Virus record (IMG/VR): IMGVR_UViG_3300033066_001054
DNA from: a virus
Taxonomy: Duplodnaviria; Caudoviricetes
Reading direction: 5' to 3' (one strand)
DNA: 64,000 bases
The notes beneath the pieces were generated by a model. The model was given only the letters and a program-made list of their open reading frames with translations. It did no database searches and was not told the origin of the DNA. Shown here in pieces: positions 46,579-56,143 of the stretch. Every line of letters begins with the position of its first letter. The first letter of the stretch is position 1. The position numbers were made by a program, and so were the translations under genes.

Positions 46579-48229
46579 GGTTGGTTCCAAGACTGTTACC
46601 CTCTCCAACAAAGACCTAAAGGGTTCTGGCGGAGAGGGCAGTGTGTATGTCAAGGGCAGTTCTGCTTACAAAATCTACCATGACCGCAACAAGATGTTGC
46701 CACTTGGTAAGATTCAAGAATTATCCGCAATTCAAGACCCGAGGGTTATCAGGCCACTCGAGGTTGTTTCTGATGCCCAAGGACCGGTTGGGTACAGCAT
46801 GATTGCAACACCACAAGACGCATGTGTGCTGTGTCAATATTTTCCGCGTGCATTTCGAACCAGGTTCAGTCTTGACAGCGCTTTCTCAAATGCGCTTGTA
46901 GAAGAAATCCGCTCTGGTGTTGAAAACATTCACAAAGCTGGCGTGTTGTTGGTCGACCTTAATGAAATGAATTTTCTTTTTAAGACACAGAGTCCAAATG
47001 TGTTTTTCATTGATGTTGATTCATACCAAACCCCGCACCACAACGCCACAGCTTTGATGGAGAGTGTTCGTGACAGGCACGCAAAGCAAAACCAATTCAA
47101 CCTTGGCACAGACTGGTTTGCGTTTGCGATTGTGAGCTTCCAGATTTTTACCGGCATTCACCCGTACAAAGGCAAGCACCCTAGCCTCAAGACAATTGAT
47201 GAGAGAATGCTTGCAAACATTTCTGTATTGAATTCATCTGTAAATGTTCCTGGTGCGTGTCTGCCGTTTGATGTAATACCGGCCAATTATCGTGATTGGT
47301 ACGAAAGAGTTCTCGAGAAGGGTGAGCGAAGTGAGCCGCCTACATGCACGACTTCACCAGTGGTCATACTCAAAACCGTTAGTCTTGCTGGTGGTGGAAA
47401 GATTCGGATTATCCATGTTATGCAAGCGCAGTCAGATATCGCAGATTACTATAACGGCGCATATGTCTTTTCTGGCAACGTGTGTGACGCACACGGTATC
47501 AGGAAGGCGTCTAATCTCGTTGGTGAGGTTCGATTGTTTGGAACCAAGACCGGCACCGCAGCGGCTTATGTCAAATACGGAATTCTTCACGTAGTAGACC
47601 TGAACACTGGCAATGATATTGACAGCGGTGTTGCATGTAGTTCTATGTCGTTGTGTGATGGCAAGCTGGTTTACCAATCTGGCGAATACCTTTATGCGGC
47701 CGATTTGATGCCGGCAGGCAGTAATATTTTGTTCACCAAAAAGCAAATAGCAAACGTATTGCCCCTTGGCACACAGCTTTATGACGGTGTTGCAATGCAA
47801 GATTTGCTTGAGGCCAAATATGCAACGATTCTTTCCAAAGACGGAGCGCACCAAATCAAACTGGCTGAGATTTCTGGACACCGAGTAATCTCGGCAAAGT
47901 GTCTTGGCAGAGTCCTTGTTGTTATTGCGGAGTCCAAGGGTGTTTACAATCGTCACGTATACAGGTTTGATGACACGTTCCAGAAATATGACCACAGAGT
48001 TGTAGATGATGTTGGTGTTGGCGAGGCAAACTTCTGCGTATTGGACAGTGGTGTCACATTGCTTATGTGTAATGATGATTCACTTGAGGTGTTCTCGTCC
48101 AAGATTCATTCTGGCAGCATCAGCACCGTGAATGACCCCGCAATCAACAGCAACTGTAGTCTGTTCTCTGTCGGTTCGAAGGCAATGTACATTTACGGAA
48201 ATAAGGTTGACCAGTTCACAATGTCTTAG
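46568..48229 (+). CDS. Ser/Thr protein kinase-like protein with C-terminal beta-rich domain
   Basis: GSGGEG, AYKIY, DLNEMN, FIDVDSYQ, HPYKG. Confidence 0.8.
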   Translation: MQYKVGSKTVTLSNKDLKGSGGEGSVYVKGSSAYKIYHDRNKMLPLGKIQELSAIQDPRVIRPLEVVSDAQGPVGYSMIATPQDACVLCQYFPRAFRTRFSLDSAFSNALVEEIRSGVENIHKAGVLLVDLNEMNFLFKTQSPNVFFIDVDSYQTPHHNATALMESVRDRHAKQNQFNLGTDWFAFAIVSFQIFTGIHPYKGKHPSLKTIDERMLANISVLNSSVNVPGACLPFDVIPANYRDWYERVLEKGERSEPPTCTTSPVVILKTVSLAGGGKIRIIHVMQAQSDIADYYNGAYVFSGNVCDAHGIRKASNLVGEVRLFGTKTGTAAAYVKYGILHVVDLNTGNDIDSGVACSSMSLCDGKLVYQSGEYLYAADLMPAGSNILFTKKQIANVLPLGTQLYDGVAMQDLLEAKYATILSKDGAHQIKLAEISGHRVISAKCLGRVLVVIAESKGVYNRHVYRFDDTFQKYDHRVVDDVGVGEANFCVLDSGVTLLMCNDDSLEVFSSKIHSGSISTVNDPAINSNCSLFSVGSKAMYIYGNKVDQFTMS

Positions 48230-48243
48230 GGTATACTAACAAC

Positions 48244-50037
48244 ATGCAAGTAAGTATGGCGCAAATCAGAGTCAAATCTGGTGACATCGAAGGTAATCTC
48301 AGTCGTATTCTCGGCGCACTCGAAGAGGTTCCTGAAAGCACCGATGTCGTCCTCTTCCCAGAAATGTGTATCTCTGGATACAACGTTGGGTGTTTGTTTG
48401 AATACGAACAATTCATCCAAGACTGCACCAACGCAGTTGAACGAGTTGCGCAAGCAGCCAGGTCGATTAGAGAAAATCTGATTGTGGTTGTTGGTGCCCC
48501 GCGATTTGCCAACAATCCTGTAGATGACCAGGGTAATGTTCGACTTCACAATTCGGCCTTTGTTATCAAAAACGGTCAGGTCATCCACATTTATGACAAG
48601 CACATTCTTGCAAACGATTATCACCACGAAGACCGCAAGTATTTTGTGCCAGGTACTACTTCGCCTATCGTGCCAGGCCACCCGCTTGCCGTTCTAATTT
48701 GTGAAGATATTTGGCACAAGGAAACTCTCGAGAGTTTGACTGACAATATTCGTTCTGCTGAGCTCAATGGACAACCAAGGGTCAGCGAACTATTGGTTCT
48801 CAACTTTTCGTATTACTGCGCGGACAAACTCCCGTCTCGACACTCAAACGCACAGCTTATTGCCACTAATGCTGACATTAACGTGTATTACTGCAATGCC
48901 ATTGGTCTTGGCGACATTAGCAAGAACATCCTGGTATATGACGGTGCGAGTTTTGTTGTCTACTCTGACGGTGGTCGCCTGGACGCGCCCAGATACACTT
49001 CCGGTGTCTATCACAATGGCAACATGTGGCCTGCTCCGTACCCCTCATGGGAAGAGGAAACCATGGAGTCTTTGGTTTACGCCGTGCGCTATGCTTGGGA
49101 AGAATTTGGACTCAAGTGTGCGCAAGTACACCTGTCTGGTGGTGTAGATAGCAGTGTGGTCGCTGTAATCGCCGTAGAGGCACTTGGAAAGAAGAATGTG
49201 ACATTCGTTACCAACCCAGGCGAACACACGTCTAAAACGACTCTCAAGCTGGCAAAGCAGGTTGCTCATGGACTCGATGTGCCATTGACAGTATTGCCTG
49301 TCAAGACCATGGAAAGCGCACTTGGCAAAGTGTTCGCGAAGATTGGCAACGTCGCATCAATCACCAAGTCGACAATCTCTGCTGTTGGTCGCACAGTTGT
49401 TGGTCTTGCGATGACCAACCAGCAATTTGCAGACGGTAAGCCAACTGGAATTTTAGCAACAGGCAATCACACCGAGAACTATCTTGGTTGGTGTAACTTC
49501 CATGATATTGGAAGCATTGGCGTCATGCAACCCATTGGAGACTTGACAAAGACTGAACTCTTTGCGCTTTGTCGATATATCAACTCCATGAATGAAACCA
49601 ACTTGATTCCAAGAGAGTTGATTGATGGCCGTGTTAAGCCGATGGCAGAGCTGGCTGACACAGACGTGGACCCATTCGACTACTATCTATGTTCTGGTAT
49701 TTGCGCCGAAATGCTCCGTGCTCGAGCGACGCCTCGTCAGCTTCTTGAGCAGTTCGACTCAAAAACCCTAAATCCGACTTCGTTCCCTGGCCCAGAGGTA
49801 TACGAGTACAGTCGTGCGTTATTTGCGTCTACTTGTGAGGACGTAGCGCGACGTGCGCAACGCTCGGTATACAAGTCTGCACAGCATGCTCCTGTGTTGG
49901 TGTTAAGCAAGCGAACTCGAGGTTTCAGCGCAAGAGAAACACTTATCAATCACTACAAGTGGAGTTCGGCTCGGCCCACCGGCAGAAGTGCTAGTGTAAG
50001 CGACCAAGACTCAAATAAGTCCATCCTTGTTGTTTGA
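48244..50037 (+). CDS. nadE: glutamine-dependent NAD+ synthetase
   Basis: Nitrilase domain (FPE, YDK, ICED) plus SGGVDS, TGN, PIGDLTKT, MAEL. Confidence 0.9.
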   Translation: MQVSMAQIRVKSGDIEGNLSRILGALEEVPESTDVVLFPEMCISGYNVGCLFEYEQFIQDCTNAVERVAQAARSIRENLIVVVGAPRFANNPVDDQGNVRLHNSAFVIKNGQVIHIYDKHILANDYHHEDRKYFVPGTTSPIVPGHPLAVLICEDIWHKETLESLTDNIRSAELNGQPRVSELLVLNFSYYCADKLPSRHSNAQLIATNADINVYYCNAIGLGDISKNILVYDGASFVVYSDGGRLDAPRYTSGVYHNGNMWPAPYPSWEEETMESLVYAVRYAWEEFGLKCAQVHLSGGVDSSVVAVIAVEALGKKNVTFVTNPGEHTSKTTLKLAKQVAHGLDVPLTVLPVKTMESALGKVFAKIGNVASITKSTISAVGRTVVGLAMTNQQFADGKPTGILATGNHTENYLGWCNFHDIGSIGVMQPIGDLTKTELFALCRYINSMNETNLIPRELIDGRVKPMAELADTDVDPFDYYLCSGICAEMLRARATPRQLLEQFDSKTLNPTSFPGPEVYEYSRALFASTCEDVARRAQRSVYKSAQHAPVLVLSKRTRGFSARETLINHYKWSSARPTGRSASVSDQDSNKSILVV

Positions 50038-51271
50038 GCTTTTCCGAGTCCATGGCGTTGCGTGCATCCAGAAACACAGGATTGCGCATTTGCTCAAAGA
50101 TGTCGCTGGTGTCGGTGTTCATGAATTCTGGCCATTCGGTAAGAAGACATATTGCATCGGCACCATCTGCTGAATCATAAATGTTTTTCGATTGCTTGAT
50201 AAGCCCGGTTTCTAGAGTTGCCACAGGGTCATATGCAGTGACATTCGCGTCTCTTTCAAGCAATAGATTGATGAATTTGATAGCCTGAGAATCACGGGTG
50301 TCGTCTGTTCCTGGTTTGAATGACAGCCCCCACACTGTAATGTTCCTTCCTTGAAGACCGCAAAGTTCCTCTTCTAGCAAACTCATGTACAGTTTTGGCA
50401 TATATCGGTTAATGTCTCGTGCCGACTTCAATATGCCACAGTCGATGAATGCACTGTCAGACATGTGTATAGCAGCACTGACGTCTTTGGGGAAGCAAGA
50501 GCCGCCATAACCAATGCCGGCGTTTAAGAATTCGTGACCAATTCGATGGTCACTACCCATTCCCTTGGTGACTTCGGTGACATCAGCACCATAGTATTCA
50601 GACATTTGGGCAAGCCAGTTCACGAAGCTAATTTTGGTGGCTAGGAACGAATTGCTCGCGTATTTGATGAGTTCTGCGGATTCAACCGAGCACACCTCAA
50701 TTGGTGCCTCAAGTTTGTCATACACTTTTGTCATCGCCATGATTGCATTGAGGCTTTTTGCACCAATGATAATTCGGTCAGGGTGCAGTGTGTTTTGCAA
50801 TGCGCGGCCTTCTTGTAGAAATTCTGGGTTGCTAACCACCTCGCAAGGCATTCCTGGTCTGATTTGTTTGATATATTCTTGCGCCCATTTTGCGGTACCG
50901 ACAGGAACCGTCGACTTGTTGACAATGATTTTGGGCTCGTTTAGTGCATGTATGACATCAGTGAGCACCTCTTGGTATTGAGTCATGTCAACGCTTCCGT
51001 CTTCGTTTTGTGGTGTGCCAACACAAATGAAAATGATGTCGCTGCTTTTGACTCCGTGCGCAAGGTCTTGTGTGAATCTGATAGTGTGCGATTTAAGCAC
51101 CTTATTCATCAAAGGCTCAAGGCCAGGTTCATAAATACACGGCTTACCGTTGCTGAGCGATTTCACTTTATCTGCATTTTGGTCGACACAAATGACGTAA
51201 TGTCCCTGGTTAGCCAACACGACGCCAGTTACAAGACCAACATAACCAGTACCCAAAACGCAAATATTCAT
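49991..51271 (-). CDS. ugd: UDP-glucose 6-dehydrogenase
   Basis: GTGYVG, KSTVP, NPEFL, GYGGSCFPKD. Confidence 0.92.
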   Translation of the reverse strand: MNICVLGTGYVGLVTGVVLANQGHYVICVDQNADKVKSLSNGKPCIYEPGLEPLMNKVLKSHTIRFTQDLAHGVKSSDIIFICVGTPQNEDGSVDMTQYQEVLTDVIHALNEPKIIVNKSTVPVGTAKWAQEYIKQIRPGMPCEVVSNPEFLQEGRALQNTLHPDRIIIGAKSLNAIMAMTKVYDKLEAPIEVCSVESAELIKYASNSFLATKISFVNWLAQMSEYYGADVTEVTKGMGSDHRIGHEFLNAGIGYGGSCFPKDVSAAIHMSDSAFIDCGILKSARDINRYMPKLYMSLLEEELCGLQGRNITVWGLSFKPGTDDTRDSQAIKFINLLLERDANVTAYDPVATLETGLIKQSKNIYDSADGADAICLLTEWPEFMNTDTSDIFEQMRNPVFLDARNAMDSEKLKQQGWTYLSLGRLH

Positions 51272-51520
51272 TTAGACCGAAGACCATGGCAGCTTCTGAG
51301 GTTGTGGAACTGGTGTGAGTACCGTATAGCCACCTTCAGAATAAATGGTGTAGCTGCCATTGTGACCATTTGGTGTAACAGGGGTTTCTGGCGAGAACAA
51401 CCCGCCGATTTCAGCGCCGTCGACTGTTTGTGACTGACCGTCTGATGTTACTATTCGGACTGATTTTCCGGCCAGTAACTGTTGAAGTTCTCCAATAGTA
51501 AAATGAGGTGCGTTTTCCAC
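51272..51520 (-). CDS. hypothetical protein
   Basis: GTG 6 nt after TGTATAAA. Confidence 0.5.
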   Translation of the reverse strand: MENAPHFTIGELQQLLAGKSVRIVTSDGQSQTVDGAEIGGLFSPETPVTPNGHNGSYTIYSEGGYTVLTPVPQPQKLPWSSV

Positions 51521-51541
51521 ACCCCATTTATACAATTCGGC

Positions 51542-52789
51542 TTATTGCGCCACTAGTGCGTTCTGCCAATTCTTTACCGATTCAGAATATTTGCAGAACG
51601 GGCAATCTGGATTTGATTCTGGTGGCTCGGTTTGCATCAGCAATTCCGCCACATCGTGCAGCATTTGCCTAAACCATTTCTTGTCCATTTCCAGTTCAGT
51701 CCATGTGATTTTGCCGTTCAACTGCGCTTCTATACCATCGACGTTGAACACTTGTGGTTCGTACACCAAAAGACCGAGTCGTGTTACAGGCGAGAATGAA
51801 ACGGCATTTTCGGCCGCTTTGCTGAACGCGAACGCATAAGAGTGTAGCTGTGCTGCGTAAATGAGCAAGTGCTCTGGTTTTGGCATGCTTGTTTTGTAGT
51901 CTACGATAACATAACCCTTAGAGTCCAAGTCTTCTGCAATACCGTCCGTCTTGCCGTGAACAAACACCTGTGCTCCCAGGTCTTCAAATTGAATTGCCTC
52001 AGAAGTACATGTCATGTTCTTGCCAATGATTTTGATATTTGGCAGGCCTGGGTCAATTTCTGACAGAGTTTTGCCCTGGAAAAACGACTGCATTCCGCCA
52101 TCAATTGTGTTGAAGATTTTTGCCATTGGTGTAAACGGTCTTGGCACAGACTGCGAATACTTGAGCCAATAGCATCGTTTGCACTCCTTCCACAGAAATG
52201 CGAAGTCGCTAGGTGATAGTTTGAAAGTTTTCATTGTGTTCTGCTCATTTAACCACCCTTCAACAATTTGCTTGTGTTCTGGGCGGGCCAGGTTGTATAC
52301 TGGCACGTTGTATTCGCTTGCTATGCGAATCGCTTGACCAGTTCCACCTGTCTTTTTTGTAGTCTCACTTTTAGTTATCGCACCATCGGGCGTCCAACAC
52401 ACAACAAATTCAACTGGACTTTGTAAATCCGGACCCATCACTTGATGTACGTTTCTGGAGTGCAACTTCTGCACAAAATCACCGAGATACATCCATCCTG
52501 GGTGCATTTTGCTGGCTATCTCCATCGCAGGGGGCCAGTCTGGAACAACGTATGGTTCTTTCCGGGGCCGGCGATTCCAGCCAACTGCAGGAAGGAAAAT
52601 AACCATGTTCCCGTTGTTTGATTTGCAGCCGTTCTCAAATGCGGTGTCTGCGCCATCAGCCCCACCAGAATACAAAGTGTATCCTTTTTTGGCCAAGTGT
52701 GCAGCGACGCGCTCCATGAGTGCGATAATATCTGCCGGCGTTTGTCGCGAACCTATTCCGGCGTATTGCACTGAATCACCATTTGACAA
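51542..52789 (-). CDS. SLOG/DprA-like domain fused to PD-(D/E)XK (Cas4-like) nuclease
   Basis: YAGIGSR, SGGADGAD, GGTGQAIR; then CKRC, GKTD, IVDYKT, QLHSY, CPFC. Confidence 0.75.
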   Translation of the reverse strand: MSNGDSVQYAGIGSRQTPADIIALMERVAAHLAKKGYTLYSGGADGADTAFENGCKSNNGNMVIFLPAVGWNRRPRKEPYVVPDWPPAMEIASKMHPGWMYLGDFVQKLHSRNVHQVMGPDLQSPVEFVVCWTPDGAITKSETTKKTGGTGQAIRIASEYNVPVYNLARPEHKQIVEGWLNEQNTMKTFKLSPSDFAFLWKECKRCYWLKYSQSVPRPFTPMAKIFNTIDGGMQSFFQGKTLSEIDPGLPNIKIIGKNMTCTSEAIQFEDLGAQVFVHGKTDGIAEDLDSKGYVIVDYKTSMPKPEHLLIYAAQLHSYAFAFSKAAENAVSFSPVTRLGLLVYEPQVFNVDGIEAQLNGKITWTELEMDKKWFRQMLHDVAELLMQTEPPESNPDCPFCKYSESVKNWQNALVAQ

Positions 52790-53337
52790 AAATTTAGAAA
52801 CTCATCATATGTTAGGTCGTTTTTCATTCTATTGATTACCCAAGAAGTCCATACTATATTATCGCGCACATATCCAAGATGTGGAATCAATCTATCCACA
52901 GATGGGAATTCTCTGGCCGGGCAATGTTGGATGGTTACCTGTGCAGACAATTTTAATGGTGTTTGAGTGTAATAACACAATCCTGATTGTTTGTACCATT
53001 GAGCTATCAGGTGTTCACCATCAATGTCAAAATCAACACCAATAACCTTAGACCTGTGTCTTAATTGTGCAACCAATCTTGGTGCGTATGTTTCAATATC
53101 CTCTTTGACCTTGAGTCTGTAAGCACGATTCCTTATGTTTGTGCAGGTTTTACAAGAACTGTCTTTTCGATGCCCTGGTCGAGATTTGCCCTTGCTGGAG
53201 AACTCAGATAATGATTTAATTTCATTGCAAGAAGCACATCGACGCAATCCTTGCGGGTGTAATATGTATCTGTTTTCTGACCTCAAATCGAAATTCATTC
53301 TTTGATGAAACTGGTTGTTGTGTGCAAATACTGGCAT
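52753..53337 (-). CDS. HNH-like endonuclease with N-terminal zinc finger
   Basis: CASC...CKTC; CYYT...SVDR...GY..DNI...N.MK. Confidence 0.7.
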   Translation of the reverse strand: MPVFAHNNQFHQRMNFDLRSENRYILHPQGLRRCASCNEIKSLSEFSSKGKSRPGHRKDSSCKTCTNIRNRAYRLKVKEDIETYAPRLVAQLRHRSKVIGVDFDIDGEHLIAQWYKQSGLCYYTQTPLKLSAQVTIQHCPAREFPSVDRLIPHLGYVRDNIVWTSWVINRMKNDLTYDEFLNFCQMVIQCNTPE

Positions 53338-53394
53338 AATAGAGCATAATTATTAAAATCCCTGCATACGACCTGCATCACACACACACACACC

Positions 53395-54648
53395 ATGTTT
53401 ACATTTATTGATTTGTTTTCAGGAATAGGCGGTTTCAGAATCGCTCTCGAGTCTTTGGGAGGAAAATGCGTAGGCAGTTCAGAAATTGCAGGTCCTGCAA
53501 TCAAAGTCTACCATGATAATTGGTCCGAAGACGATAATGTCGGGGACATAACCAAGATTTCCTCTCTTCCAGAGCATGATATCATGGTCGGTGGCGTGCC
53601 TTGTCAGAGTTGGTCAATTGCCGGAAAGATGAAGGGGTTTGAAGACCCTCGTGGTCAGCTATGGGGCGATGTCATTAGGTTACTGAACAAGAATCAACCC
53701 AAGGCGTTCATCTTTGAGAACGTCAAGGGCTTAGCCGACCCAAGAAACACAGTTGAAAGAGAGTTCTTGATTGAGCAGATGAATCTTGCCGGTTACGACG
53801 TTAGATACAAGCTATTGAATGCATATGACTATGGTGTGCCGCAAAACAGAGAGCGCATATTTATCGTCGGAGCAAAAGACTTGACCGATTTTCAGTGGCC
53901 CCAAGAGTGTCGCTCGCAAACAATGCTGCTAGACTACATGGACGGCATGGAGCACCTAAGGGCGCATGCTGTACGCAACAGCGACCCAGAAATCAATCAA
54001 GCCACCACTGGCAACAGATTGACACTGCATGGTGAAAGAAACGAGTTTTTCATCTTCAATGATGTTAGAGATGGTGAAACGGTTATCCACTCATGGGACC
54101 TTAAGGGTTTATCTCATAGAGAGTGTGAAATCTGCAATACGATATTGAAGAACCGAAGAAGTAGCAAATATGGTCCAAAAGACGGCAATCCGCTATCATA
54201 CCAAGACCTTTTGGTGCTGATTCCTAATCTGATGGAAGTCGAACTAGTCAAGCTGCAGAACGCTGGTGTATTGGTAAGATTCGACCAAAGTAAATACGAC
54301 TTTAAGAACAGACGACAATTATCAGGAATTGATGGGGTATATCGCATCTTCTTGCCCAATGCACGATTCTTTTCAACGTTGACCGCATCGGGGACTCCAG
54401 ATTTGATTGCAACCACTCTGATATCAGCCAGCACTGACGAGGAGTATCGTCGCAAATTCATTAAAGAGATATACGATGCCAAGGCATACAGAAGACCCAC
54501 CGCTCGAGAATATGCAAGAATTCAGGGTTTTCCAGACACACATCGCTTGCATCCATCTGCCAGCGCGAATACAAAGCTGATTGGAAATGCCGTGCCACCA
54601 CCTTTAGTAAAGCAAGTGGCACAGCAATTGGTCAAAGTGCTCAGATAG
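53395..54648 (+). CDS. DNA (cytosine-5)-methyltransferase
   Basis: FSGIGG, PCQ, ENV, QNRER, RIQGFP, GNAV. Confidence 0.95.
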   Translation: MFTFIDLFSGIGGFRIALESLGGKCVGSSEIAGPAIKVYHDNWSEDDNVGDITKISSLPEHDIMVGGVPCQSWSIAGKMKGFEDPRGQLWGDVIRLLNKNQPKAFIFENVKGLADPRNTVEREFLIEQMNLAGYDVRYKLLNAYDYGVPQNRERIFIVGAKDLTDFQWPQECRSQTMLLDYMDGMEHLRAHAVRNSDPEINQATTGNRLTLHGERNEFFIFNDVRDGETVIHSWDLKGLSHRECEICNTILKNRRSSKYGPKDGNPLSYQDLLVLIPNLMEVELVKLQNAGVLVRFDQSKYDFKNRRQLSGIDGVYRIFLPNARFFSTLTASGTPDLIATTLISASTDEEYRRKFIKEIYDAKAYRRPTAREYARIQGFPDTHRLHPSASANTKLIGNAVPPPLVKQVAQQLVKVLR

Positions 54649-55315
54649 GCCAGCCTTCTCCGAGCCTGAGATATTCACCGATGTTCTTGTTGAACTCATT
54701 GATTGACTTGTAGTATTCAAATCGCTTCTTGTACCACACCACAATCGGTTCCTGGTTCATTTGCATCAGCGCATAGTTGAGCAAAATTCTACCAGTGCGG
54801 CCATTGCCATCAGCAAAAGGGTGGACAAACTCAAACGAGTGATGAATGCCCCATGCGATTTCCAAGGCATGCTCTGGCGTACCGTCAAACGATGCGAGTT
54901 CTTCTTTGACCTTCGGTGCCCAACGTTCTCGCATTAGGTAATCAACAAACATATGTTTTGGGCATTGGTGACCACCAACCTCGAGTTCTTCCTTCCGATA
55001 GTTACCAGAGAGGGACTGCGTCTCATACCAGTCAATCCCGCGTGTCAGAGCACGATGGATGTCTTTGGCAATATCGCCATAAAACGGCTGAGAGACAAGC
55101 TCTTTCGCCAGTTCAAATGCATTGACAGAGTTGTTGTACATCAATTGCCCAGGCTTGGTGGCCGGCAAGAGACCAACACGCATGTCTCTGTCTTGGTATT
55201 GTGGGTCAATCAAGCACGACTGCGTAACAAATGTATGCAAATCAAACCCATTTTTTCTCGCGACTGTCATGATTCTAGACATAATACCATATCTGGTGAA
55301 ATCTGTATAAGACAA
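54641..55315 (-). CDS. Fic domain protein
   Basis: HPFADGNGRTGR canonical motif. Confidence 0.9.
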   Translation of the reverse strand: MSYTDFTRYGIMSRIMTVARKNGFDLHTFVTQSCLIDPQYQDRDMRVGLLPATKPGQLMYNNSVNAFELAKELVSQPFYGDIAKDIHRALTRGIDWYETQSLSGNYRKEELEVGGHQCPKHMFVDYLMRERWAPKVKEELASFDGTPEHALEIAWGIHHSFEFVHPFADGNGRTGRILLNYALMQMNQEPIVVWYKKRFEYYKSINEFNKNIGEYLRLGEGWPI

Positions 55316-55344
55316 ACAAGAACCAGGAGGTTACTTCGACAAAC

Positions 55345-55767
55345 ATGAACACTAAAGACAAAATCATCACACCACCTGCAATCAATGCTGAGTTCAAAGA
55401 TTCAGGCAACGGCTCCAATGAACTCGTTATTTCAGACGAGCAGTATACTCAACTTAGCGAGGTAACCAATGCCGAGCAAGTTGCCAAGCTGCGATGCTGG
55501 GACATCCAAGAATACATTGACGGTGTTGAGGCACAAAAAGCCCAGCTTGACGCCGCTCTTAGCAGTGCCAGTGGGCAGCTTGAAGAGGCTAAGTCAAATC
55601 TGATTCAGGCACGAACTCAACTGAAATCAACATTTGATGTCATCTTCGGACCGCTGGGTCTTGAAAACAAGATGGTTTCGGTTTCACAATCGTCACCACA
55701 CGTTGTCACGGTTGTCGACCCGCAAGCTGCGGCGCCGGCAGCGGCAAGCGAAGAGTCGTCAGATTAA
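55345..55767 (+). CDS. coiled-coil hypothetical protein
   Basis: AGGAGG SD; followed by a terminator. Confidence 0.7.
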   Translation: MNTKDKIITPPAINAEFKDSGNGSNELVISDEQYTQLSEVTNAEQVAKLRCWDIQEYIDGVEAQKAQLDAALSSASGQLEEAKSNLIQARTQLKSTFDVIFGPLGLENKMVSVSQSSPHVVTVVDPQAAAPAAASEESSD

Positions 55768-55778
55768 CGAGTCGAGTG

Positions 55779-55822
55779 TAACAAAAAAACGGGACTGAGT
55801 AAGCAGTCCCGTTTTTTTGTTA
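55779..55822. terminator. bidirectional intrinsic terminator
   Basis: TAACAAAAAAACGGGACTG-AGTAAG-CAGTCCCGTTTTTTTGTTA between convergent genes. Confidence 0.85.
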
Positions 55823-56098
55823 CCTGGTGACAAGTGCAAACGGATATGTATTGCTTGAGCACAAAAGCGCTGGCGGTTTTGAAGTCTTGTCAATGCTTGC
55901 GTCCATGAACGTCATTGTCAAAACCACATCAGTGTCTTCGACAAACAAAAATGAGGCCAGGCTGTTAAGAAGTGTGTCGTCTAGCTTCCACATCATTGGG
56001 CTATCGTTTAACTCTCGGACTAAACGATACATTTTCCAGAAAAGCTCAATATTGTCATCGTCTGGACTGAACTTATTGTCTGTGAATTGAATTAACAT
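55820..56098 (-). CDS. hypothetical protein
   Basis: GGAG SD. Confidence 0.55.
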   Translation of the reverse strand: MLIQFTDNKFSPDDDNIELFWKMYRLVRELNDSPMMWKLDDTLLNSLASFLFVEDTDVVLTMTFMDASIDKTSKPPALLCSSNTYPFALVTR

Positions 56099-56143
56099 TC
56101 TAACTCCCTGTGTGTTATTATTCAGACTATTCAAACACACTCC

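Noticed and set aside
39673-51271. Bacterial chromosomal segment
   Set aside because: The housekeeping-like genes lack their usual operon partners and are interspersed with homing endonucleases and phage-type genes.
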